A stretch of DNA of 64,000 nucleotides from assembly GCA_963840035.1 (NCBI GenBank), contig CAWIXE010000002.1, positions 384,001-448,000 of the forward strand, read 5' to 3'. The position numbers and the translations under genes were made by a program. This DNA is from a candidate division FCPU426 bacterium. GTDB lineage: Bacteria > Oederibacteriota > PGYV01 > Palsa-1178. Position 1 is the stretch's first letter; each line of letters starts with the position of its first letter. Below the pieces are notes generated by a model. That model saw nothing but the letters and a program-made list of their open reading frames with translations, did no database searches and had not been told where the DNA came from. Positions 56,812-64,000 of this stretch are shown in pieces.

Positions 56812-57893
56812 TGGCGGTATCTGACATAGCCGGCAACGTTAAGGCTAAAAAAATAATATTATCCACGGTAAAGGGCGGCAAGTTCGGCACTTCCTTTATC
56901 TTCCACGGCGAGGAAAACATCGGCAAGAATTTTGCAGCGCGCCAGTTTGCCAAGGTGATGAACTGCTTAAACCCGAAGCCGGACAACGACTGCTGCGACG
57001 CGTGCGCCAGCTGCAAGCTTATCGATAAAATCCTGGGAAATCTGGATGAGGACTCCATGCAGAAATTCCCGCATCCTGACGCGAAATACATCAATACTGA
57101 CAAGGCGCAGCTTGTGGTGGATTTAGTCAGGGATGAACTCAATGAATTCAACGCGTATAAAGGCATACAGCTTAAGAAAAAGGTAATGATAATCCAGGAC
57201 GCCGAGAGGATGAATAAAGAGGCTTCCAACTCCATATTAAAAGAACTCGAAGAACCCAATAATAACGTCGCTATCATACTTATAATCAACCAGTTAGACA
57301 GGGTCCTTCCGACCATATTATCCAGGTGCCGGCGCATAGACATAAGCAGGGCATCCACGCAGGAGATAGAAAAACAGCTTAAAAAGACACTTCCTGACAT
57401 GGATGACGCCGCTGTTAAGCAGGCTGCCATGTTTTCGGAAGGCAAGATGGGCGAGGCTTTCAGGTACGACGAGATAAAAAAGGAAGTTTTGGACGCGGCA
57501 TCCATTTTTAAGGTCATGGCATCCAAAAAAGACGACGTGGAGTCGATTTTTGAGGCGGTAAAGATGGTGGAAGGCATGTATAAAGAGGCCCAGGAGGCTG
57601 AAAAAAAGGCTAAAAAAACGGGCATTGCACGCATATTTTTGCTTGATATTCTCCGCATATTGTCATATATTTATAAGGACCTTATGCTGGAGAAGATGTC
57701 CGTAAAAAGCGTCATGCGCTCAAAATACGGTATAAACCCCTCTGACCTGAGGGACTACAACGTTAAGAAACTTGTTAAGATTTCGGCACTCATAGAAGAG
57801 TACCACAGGTACATGGCGCTAAACGCCAATGTCAGCCTGCTGTTCAATAATTTATTTTTTGAGGTGAGAAAGGTAGGGCTTGCTAATGATTGA
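56811..57893 (+). CDS. holB: DNA polymerase III delta' subunit
   Basis: CLN...CDACASC, HPD, AERMNKEASNSILKELEEP, LPTILSRC. Confidence 0.88.
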   Translation: MAVSDIAGNVKAKKIILSTVKGGKFGTSFIFHGEENIGKNFAARQFAKVMNCLNPKPDNDCCDACASCKLIDKILGNLDEDSMQKFPHPDAKYINTDKAQLVVDLVRDELNEFNAYKGIQLKKKVMIIQDAERMNKEASNSILKELEEPNNNVAIILIINQLDRVLPTILSRCRRIDISRASTQEIEKQLKKTLPDMDDAAVKQAAMFSEGKMGEAFRYDEIKKEVLDAASIFKVMASKKDDVESIFEAVKMVEGMYKEAQEAEKKAKKTGIARIFLLDILRILSYIYKDLMLEKMSVKSVMRSKYGINPSDLRDYNVKKLVKISALIEEYHRYMALNANVSLLFNNLFFEVRKVGLAND

Positions 57894-58638
57894 AGTTGTT
57901 GGAATAAAATTTAAGGACGATGAAAAGATTCATTATTATAATCCCCAGAAAATGCATATGGAAAAAGGGGAAAAATGCCTTGTGGAGACCATGGACGGAT
58001 CGCATGACGGCGAAGTCGCGCTCGCGAATTTCTTTGTTGAGCCGGATAAAATTTACGCGCCCCTGCGCAGGATACTTGAGTATCTGACGGACAAGCAGGA
58101 GGTCTTTGAACAGAAAAAAGACCGCATGGAGGAAAAGGCAAAAGATTTCTGCGCCAAAAGAATAGAGTCCAGGAATCTGGTCATGAAGCTGGTGGACGTC
58201 AAGTACACCGACGACCTCAAAAAGGTTGTCTTCTTTTTTGTCGCTGAGAAAAGGGTGGATTTCAGGGAGCTGTTAAAGGACCTGGTAAAAACGCTCAGGG
58301 TCAAGATAGAGCTCCGCCAGATAAGCCGCAGGGAATACGCCAAGAAGATCGGCGCCGCGGGCATATGCGGCAGGATAGTGTGCTGCAAGAACCACTTAAA
58401 GTCATTCGCGCCAATAACGATTAAAATGGCCAAGAATCAGGGGCTTCCGCTTAACCCGACAAAGATTTCCGGCGTGTGCGGGAGGCTGCTGTGCTGCCTG
58501 GCTTATGAAAAATACGACGCGCCTGTTTCGTCGTCAATATTCCAGAAACTTCAGGTGGCTGACGCGTCCAGCGAGATAATACTCGACGAGCCGACAGTGG
58601 ACACCGAAGTGGATGTCAACTGGAACAGCGAAGGATAG
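57886..58638 (+). CDS. ricT: PSP1-domain YaaT/RicT family protein
   Basis: RVDFRELLKDL, IELRQI, GICGR..CC, MAKNQGL.LNPTKISGVCGRLLCCL.YE. Confidence 0.88.
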   Translation: MIEVVGIKFKDDEKIHYYNPQKMHMEKGEKCLVETMDGSHDGEVALANFFVEPDKIYAPLRRILEYLTDKQEVFEQKKDRMEEKAKDFCAKRIESRNLVMKLVDVKYTDDLKKVVFFFVAEKRVDFRELLKDLVKTLRVKIELRQISRREYAKKIGAAGICGRIVCCKNHLKSFAPITIKMAKNQGLPLNPTKISGVCGRLLCCLAYEKYDAPVSSSIFQKLQVADASSEIILDEPTVDTEVDVNWNSEG

Positions 58639-58640
58639 TT

Positions 58641-58724
58641 TTAACTTAAAACTGAAAATTGAAAGCTGAAAACGGGGGCCGTTGTAACGCCTTAACTTTC
58701 AGTTTTCAGCTTTCAGTTTTAAAC
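58641..58724. repeat. 7-bp-period inverted-arm hairpin (AACTGAA)n...(TTCAGTT)n
   Basis: taacttaaaactgaaaattgaaagctgaaaac ... ctttcagttttcagctttcagttttaaactt. Confidence 0.85.
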
Positions 58725-58751
58725 TTATAAGACACCGAAGGGAAAAACAAC

Positions 58752-60329
58752 ATGAAGAAGTTTTTCATAACCACCGCAATCGATTACGCTAACTCCAAAC
58801 CGCACGCGGGGCACGCTTATGAGAAGGTGACTTCCGATATAGTGGCGCGCTATAAAAGGCTGCGCGGTTATGATGTTTATTTCTGCACCGGCACTGACGA
58901 GCACTCGCTGAACGTCGCGGCAAACGCCAAAGAAATGAAAAAAGACCCGAAGGCTTTTGTCGATGAGATGGCTGTGGCTTTTAAAGACCTCTGCACGCTT
59001 TACAACATATCAAACAATGATTTTGTCCAGACCACCGAGCCCCGCCACGAAAAAAGCGTGTCGGAACTTTTTAAGCGCATCCACGCCGCGGGGGACATTT
59101 ACCAGGGCCACTATGAAGGCTGGTACTGCAAATCCTGCGAGGCTTTTTACACGCAGGCCGAGCTTGAAGAGGGCAACCTCTGCCCGGTGCACAAACTGCC
59201 GGCTGACCTGATAAAAGAGGAAAATTATTTTATAAGGCTTACAAAATACACTGAAAAACTGCAGGCAATGATAGAGTCAAACGAGTTCTTAATCAGGCCG
59301 GAATCAAGGCGCAATGAAGTGCTCGCGATGTTGAAGCGCGGATTTAAGGACATATCTGTTTCGCGCGCCGGCCTTGACTGGGGCATAAAGCTCCCGATAG
59401 ACCCCGGGCATACGGTGTATGTGTGGTTTGACGCGCTTATAAATTACATCACTGCCGCGGGTTTCGGAACTGATGAGGCAAAGTTCAGGAACTGGTGGGA
59501 CGGCTCCGAGCACATCGTCCACATAATCGGCAAGGACATAGTGAAGTTCCACTGCATCATATGGCCCATCATGTTGATGAGCGCCGGAGTTAAACTGCCA
59601 AACGAAGTTTTTGGCCACGGATTTTTGCTTAACAAAGGCGAGAAGATGTCAAAGACGCGCGGCAATGTGGTCGACCCGATAGAGATGGCAAACAAATACG
59701 GCACTGACCCGATACGTTTTTATTTTGCGTCAAAAGTTTCAAACGGTGACGACGGGGATTTTAACGAGGAAGCGGTAAAGCTGGCTTATAACATAGACCT
59801 GGCAAATGACCTGGGCAACCTGATATCCAGGTCAAATAACATGGTTGAAAAATACTGCGCGGGGCTCGCGCCCAAGCTTCACCCTGAAGCCATGGACGAT
59901 AAAATGAAGGCGCTGGAAACTGAAGCAAAAGCCCTGTGGCAGGGATACAGCGCTGCCATGGACAAATATGATTTTACCGCGGCAATTTCAAAAGTGTTTG
60001 TGTTAACAGGCATGGCAAACAAGCTCATAGAAGACGAAGCGCCATGGAACCTGCAGAAGGCCGGAAAGATGATGGAACTTGAATCTGTCCTTAACCTGCT
60101 TTTAGAGACCATAAGGCTCGCCTCAATCGCACTGGCCCCGGTAATGCCGGCCACAGCTGAAAAGATATGGGGCAAGATAGGCATGTCATATAAGATGGAT
60201 GGACTTGATATGGAAAAAGAGATGAAATACGGTTTTAACTGGGATGGGATAAAGGTAAGCAAGGGCGAGGCGTTGTTTATGAGGATAACTGAGGAAAGTA
60301 ATAAGTCAAAAGTAATAGGTCAGAAGTGA
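58752..60329 (+). CDS. metG: Methionine--tRNA ligase (short form)
   Basis: HAGH, GTDEH, YVWFDAL, GKDI, KMSKT, DLANDLGNL. Confidence 0.96.
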   Translation: MKKFFITTAIDYANSKPHAGHAYEKVTSDIVARYKRLRGYDVYFCTGTDEHSLNVAANAKEMKKDPKAFVDEMAVAFKDLCTLYNISNNDFVQTTEPRHEKSVSELFKRIHAAGDIYQGHYEGWYCKSCEAFYTQAELEEGNLCPVHKLPADLIKEENYFIRLTKYTEKLQAMIESNEFLIRPESRRNEVLAMLKRGFKDISVSRAGLDWGIKLPIDPGHTVYVWFDALINYITAAGFGTDEAKFRNWWDGSEHIVHIIGKDIVKFHCIIWPIMLMSAGVKLPNEVFGHGFLLNKGEKMSKTRGNVVDPIEMANKYGTDPIRFYFASKVSNGDDGDFNEEAVKLAYNIDLANDLGNLISRSNNMVEKYCAGLAPKLHPEAMDDKMKALETEAKALWQGYSAAMDKYDFTAAISKVFVLTGMANKLIEDEAPWNLQKAGKMMELESVLNLLLETIRLASIALAPVMPATAEKIWGKIGMSYKMDGLDMEKEMKYGFNWDGIKVSKGEALFMRITEESNKSKVIGQK

Positions 60330-60393
60330 ACCGTATTGTAATTGTGACACCTATTACTTACTACTTATTAATTATTACTTTACGGAGTCTTTT

Positions 60394-61152
60394 ATGATAG
60401 TTGAAACCCACCTTCACCTGTGCGACGAGAAATACGACGCGGACAGGGATGAGGTTTTAAGCAGGGCAAAGCAGGCGGGCGTGGTTAAGATACTTAATAT
60501 TGGCGCCGAACTAAAGGAGACGCGTAAGGTCGCGGTGTATGAAAACGAAGGTGTTTTTAAGGCCCTTGGAATTCATCCGCATAATGCCCCTGAATTTGAC
60601 GCGGCTGTTAAAGAAGAGTTTAAGGGTTATTTTAAGGGCGGGAATAATATAAAAGCCGTAGGCGAAATCGGGCTTGATTTTTTTAAGAGCACAACGCCGG
60701 CGGATGTGCAGGAGAAAATTTTCAGGGAGTTCCTGGGGCTGGCTAAGGATTTTAACCTGCCCGTGGTCATACACAGCAGGGAAGCCCATGAAGAGACGCT
60801 TAAAATACTTAAGGAATATAAAATAGAAAAACGGGGCATAATCCACTGCTTTACCGGAGATGCTGCCGCTGCAAAGAAGTTTGTGGATGAGGGCTATGTA
60901 CTTGGAATTGGCGGGGTTTTGACATTCCCAAACGCGGAAGTTTTAAGGGATGCTGTAAAAGAAATGCCTCTTGAGTGTCTGGTCCTTGAAACAGACGCCC
61001 CATGGCTCGCGCCTAAAAGCGTCAGGGGCAAAAGGAATGAACCGGCTTTTTTAAAGGAAATAATACAGACGCTGGCGGGGATCAAAGGCGTGAGCGAGGC
61101 CAAAGTTGAGGAAGTAACGACGGCTACGGCTGAAAGGGTTTTGGGTATTTAG
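60394..61152 (+). CDS. tatD: TatD family hydrolase
   Basis: ETHLHL, GIHPH, VGEIGLD, IHSRE, HCF, ETDAPWLAP. Confidence 0.94.
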   Translation: MIVETHLHLCDEKYDADRDEVLSRAKQAGVVKILNIGAELKETRKVAVYENEGVFKALGIHPHNAPEFDAAVKEEFKGYFKGGNNIKAVGEIGLDFFKSTTPADVQEKIFREFLGLAKDFNLPVVIHSREAHEETLKILKEYKIEKRGIIHCFTGDAAAAKKFVDEGYVLGIGGVLTFPNAEVLRDAVKEMPLECLVLETDAPWLAPKSVRGKRNEPAFLKEIIQTLAGIKGVSEAKVEEVTTATAERVLGI

Positions 61153-61164
61153 GGTAGGATAAAA

Positions 61165-61320
61165 TGTGCGTGGAAAGAACGTGCGGAAATGTTTGAAAAC
61201 GTGCGGGGAAGGTACGTGCGGTAAAACGCTCGCAGTTAAGCACCACCGCACGCAGTTAAGATTTACCGCACGTATTTAAGAGCCATCGCACGCAGTTAAG
61301 AACCACCGCACGTATCACGT
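61165..61320. repeat. GTGCG/CGCAC inverted repeat tract with 4 x 20-bp direct units
   Basis: gtgcg at 61166, 61181, 61201, 61216; cgcagttaagcaccaccgca-type units at 61231-61310. Confidence 0.75.
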
Positions 61321-61334
61321 TTCATGGAGGAATC

Positions 61335-62348
61335 ATGTTAAAGAAATTCATAAAAAAAGTAACAGAGCGCGAAAACCTCACATATGATGAAATGAGCCAG
61401 GCTATGGAGATAATAACCACAGGCCAGTCCACTGACGCTCAGATAGCCGCGCTTTTGATAGGCCTTAAGATGAAAGGCGAAACAGTCGAGGAAATAACAG
61501 GCGCGGCCATGGTCATGAGGGAAAAAGCGCATTATGTGGAAATTGACGAGGATGTCATACTTGATACATGCGGCACCGGCGGCGACGGATATGGCACCAT
61601 AAATATTTCAACGGCTGTGTCCATAATCGCGGCAGCGGCTGATGTGGCCGTAGCAAAGCACGGCAACAGGTCAGTGACTTCGGAATGCGGAAGCGCGGAC
61701 GTGCTTAAAGCGCTGGGAGTAAATACCGAGATATCACACGATAAAATTAAAAAATGTATTGAGACAATTCATATCGGATTTTTCTTCGCGCCGGCATGCC
61801 ATGTAGCCATGAAATATGCCATGGGCGTGAGGAAGGAAGTGGGCGTAAGGACAATATTCAACCTGCTGGGCCCGATAATAAACCCGGCAAGGCACAAGCA
61901 CCACTTAATGGGCGTGTTTAATGAAACGCTTACTGAGAAAATTGCGGGTGTTTTGAAGAACATGGGTCATGTGCATTCGGCGGTAGTATGCGGGCACGGC
62001 AACATGGACGAGATAACCCTTTCAGGGCCGACAAAAGTGTCGGAACTTAAAAATGGCGAGATAAAGACATATTACATAAAGCCTTCGGATTTTGGCTTAA
62101 AAGAGGCTCCCATGGAAGCTGTCAGGGGAGGCAATCCTGAAAAGAACGCGCAGATACTCCGGGAAATATTTTCCGGCAAGGAAAGAGGGCCGTACAGGGA
62201 TGTTATATTATTAAACAGCGGTTTTGCGATTTACATCGCGGACAAGGTGGCAACACCTCAGGAAGGCGTGGAACTGGCCGCGAGAATAATTGACAACGGG
62301 GAAGCGGGGAAGAAACTGCAGGAGTTTGTGGAGTGTACGAATAAATAA
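61335..62348 (+). CDS. trpD: Anthranilate phosphoribosyltransferase
   Basis: DTCGTGGDG, NIST, AKHGNRS, GSADVL, RTIFNLLGP. Confidence 0.96.
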   Translation: MLKKFIKKVTERENLTYDEMSQAMEIITTGQSTDAQIAALLIGLKMKGETVEEITGAAMVMREKAHYVEIDEDVILDTCGTGGDGYGTINISTAVSIIAAAADVAVAKHGNRSVTSECGSADVLKALGVNTEISHDKIKKCIETIHIGFFFAPACHVAMKYAMGVRKEVGVRTIFNLLGPIINPARHKHHLMGVFNETLTEKIAGVLKNMGHVHSAVVCGHGNMDEITLSGPTKVSELKNGEIKTYYIKPSDFGLKEAPMEAVRGGNPEKNAQILREIFSGKERGPYRDVILLNSGFAIYIADKVATPQEGVELAARIIDNGEAGKKLQEFVECTNK

Positions 62349-62432
62349 AGTGGTACGTGATAAGTGGTGAGTGGTATGTGGTAGTTTGTAGGCGGGTATT
62401 TCACATACCACGTAGCACATATCACGTAACAC
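62349..62432. repeat. 7-bp-period inverted-arm hairpin (GTGGTAY)n...(RTACCAC)n
   Basis: gtggtacgtgataagtggtgagtggtatgtggtag ... cacataccacgtagcacatatcacgtaacac. Confidence 0.85.
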
Positions 62433-62457
62433 TTATAAAAACAGGGGGTCATATTAA

Positions 62458-63252
62458 ATGAGCATACTGAAAAGGATTATAAAGGCAAAAAAGGCGGAAG
62501 TGAAGCTTAAAAAGGAAAAGATGCCGCTGGTTAAGCTTTTGAATGACATTATGAAGGCTCCGGCGAACAGGAATTTCAGGGACGTTTTTGAAAATAATGA
62601 CTTCTCGATAATCGCCGAGATAAAAAAGAAATCACCGTCAAAAGGCACTATCAAGGCCAATATCAGCGTGAAGAAGATAGTTGAGAACTATGAAAAATCG
62701 GGGGCCAGGGCAATCTCAGTCGTTACGGACAAGAAGTTTTTTGACGGCAGGCTCGAGTACATAGAAGAAGCAAAGAAGTATTCATCGCTGCCCATACTCA
62801 GGAAAGACTTCATTATTGACGAATATCAGATATATGAGTCACGCTGGGCAAAGGCGGACGCGATACTTTTAATCGCGGCGGCGCTGGAAAAAAAGGTGGT
62901 AACCCAGTTTGTTAAAAAGGCGCGCTTCCTGAACATGACCCCGGTTGTGGAAGTCCACTCCAGGGAAGATATGAAAAAAGCTCTTTCCTCAGGCACCGAC
63001 ATAATAGGCATCAATACACGCGATCTGAAAACATTCAAAATAAACTTCGGGATCATCAAGAACCTCATCAAAATGGTGCCCAAGGAAAAATACGTGATAA
63101 TCGAAAGCGGCATGAATGAGATGGAGGACCTGGAGAAGATAGGGCTGGACAGCAGGATAAAAGGCATGCTCATAGGCACCATGTTCATGAAGATGCCGGA
63201 GAAGAACGTAAAAGACGCCATCCGCACTATCGTTGGTAAAATGGGTAACTAA
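62458..63252 (+). CDS. trpC: Indole-3-glycerol phosphate synthase
   Basis: IAEIKKKSPSKG, LRKDFII, ADAILLI, VEVH, GINTRDL, ESG. Confidence 0.95.
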   Translation: MSILKRIIKAKKAEVKLKKEKMPLVKLLNDIMKAPANRNFRDVFENNDFSIIAEIKKKSPSKGTIKANISVKKIVENYEKSGARAISVVTDKKFFDGRLEYIEEAKKYSSLPILRKDFIIDEYQIYESRWAKADAILLIAAALEKKVVTQFVKKARFLNMTPVVEVHSREDMKKALSSGTDIIGINTRDLKTFKINFGIIKNLIKMVPKEKYVIIESGMNEMEDLEKIGLDSRIKGMLIGTMFMKMPEKNVKDAIRTIVGKMGN

Positions 63253-63256
63253 GCAC

Positions 63257-63880
63257 ATGACCAGGGTAAAAATATGCGGCCTGACAAACATTAAGGACGC
63301 ATTACTGGCGCAGAAACTCGGGGCTAATGTCGCGGGTTTTATCTTCGCGGATAGCCCGAGGAAGATAACCCCGGCGCGCGCGAAATCTGTCATCGCAAAG
63401 TTAAAACCGTCCGTGCATAAGGCGGGCGTATTTGTAAATGAACCGATAACCGGCTTAAACAGGGTTATCAAAGACTTAAGACTTAACTTTGTCCAGCTTT
63501 CCGGGGATGAAACCCCGGCTTATATCAGGAAGATAAAAGGCGCCATGGTTATAAAAGCCATCCGCGTAAAATCAGCCGCATACTTGAAAAGCCAGGTAAA
63601 AAAATACGCCAAAACCGCCGATGCTTTTCTTTTTGATACCTACAGCGGAAAGTTGCGCGGCGGAAGCGGCAAGGCATTTGACTTAAAGATGCTTAAAGGG
63701 ATGAAGATTAACAAGCCGTTCTTTATAGCCGGCGGCCTGAATCCTGAGAACGTATGCAAAGCCATAAAAACCGTAAGGCCGTATGGTGTGGATGTGTCGT
63801 CAGGCGTTGAAAAAAGCAAAGGTTTAAAAAGCCCGGCGAAGATGAGAAGGTTTTTTAAACAAGTAAGAAAGGCAAATTAA
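63257..63880 (+). CDS. trpF: Phosphoribosylanthranilate isomerase
   Basis: VKICGLT, GVFVN, QLSGDE, GGSG, AGGLNPENV, VDVSSGVE. Confidence 0.95.
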   Translation: MTRVKICGLTNIKDALLAQKLGANVAGFIFADSPRKITPARAKSVIAKLKPSVHKAGVFVNEPITGLNRVIKDLRLNFVQLSGDETPAYIRKIKGAMVIKAIRVKSAAYLKSQVKKYAKTADAFLFDTYSGKLRGGSGKAFDLKMLKGMKINKPFFIAGGLNPENVCKAIKTVRPYGVDVSSGVEKSKGLKSPAKMRRFFKQVRKAN

Positions 63881-63953
63881 AACTGAAAGCTGAAAATTGA
63901 AAGTGGAAACGATACGGCCAAGCTTTCAGTTTTAAACTTTAAGTTTTAAGTTA
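63878..63953. repeat. 7-bp-period inverted-arm hairpin (AACTGAA type)
   Basis: aaactgaaagctgaaaattgaaagt ... ctttcagttttaaacttttaagttttaagtt. Confidence 0.8.
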
Positions 63954-63965
63954 AAGGAGTTTTAT

Positions 63966-64000
63966 ATGAAGGTCCCAAACAAAAAAGGTTTTTTCGGAGA
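63966..64000 (+). CDS. trpB: Tryptophan synthase beta chain, 5' fragment truncated by the window edge
   Basis: RBS GGAG, MKVPNKKGFFG..., follows trpDCF. Confidence 0.6.
   Translation, partial: MKVPNKKGFFG

Noticed and set aside
61153..61334. T-box or leader-peptide attenuator for trp
   Set aside because: No T-box consensus, U-tailed terminator or tandem Trp codons were recognised.

Overview
A 64-kb, moderately AT-rich bacterial chromosome segment with almost all genes on the + strand. It comes from a flagellated diderm (FlgH/FlgI/FlgA, Lnt, PorV-like barrels) that also has some Firmicute-like gene orders; the lineage cannot be assigned from sequence alone. Most of the window is housekeeping: mutL-miaA, a flagellar rod/ring/flgMNK cluster, lnt-surE, an ECF sigma/anti-sigma/Spy-like module, acpS-nnr-thiL-tsaEB, yggS-proC-yggT-yggU-PNP-mtnA, yebC, tRNA-Val(GAC), a CCA-enzyme-like gene, rplM-rpsI, tmk-holB-yaaT-metG-tatD and trpDCF(B). 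There are also GH2 and GH3+GH5 glycosidases and a nonsense-disrupted IS30. The most unusual signal is non-coding. (1) About 25 intergenic tracts are built from short-period (mostly 7-bp) repeats, many forming inverted-arm hairpins, with the unit varying between loci. (2) At least five families of GTAG-footed REP palindromes occur, one amplified into a 6 x 112-113-bp BIME-like array. (3) A DUF559 nuclease gene bracketed by 40-bp hairpin-containing inverted repeats is inserted between two normally adjacent genes, and a gene-less copy of the same repeat pair lies 36 kb away, suggesting a nuclease-carrying mobile cassette. Other notable items: two PorV-like barrel proteins head the flagellar operon, a 29-aa AURKAIP1/COX24-type ORF is missed by the ORF track, and the tRNA-Val has C33 and an extended precursor stem. 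Two apparent single-base frameshifts (radical SAM gene, flgH) may be assembly errors. All family assignments are from motif recognition by eye; no database searches were run.
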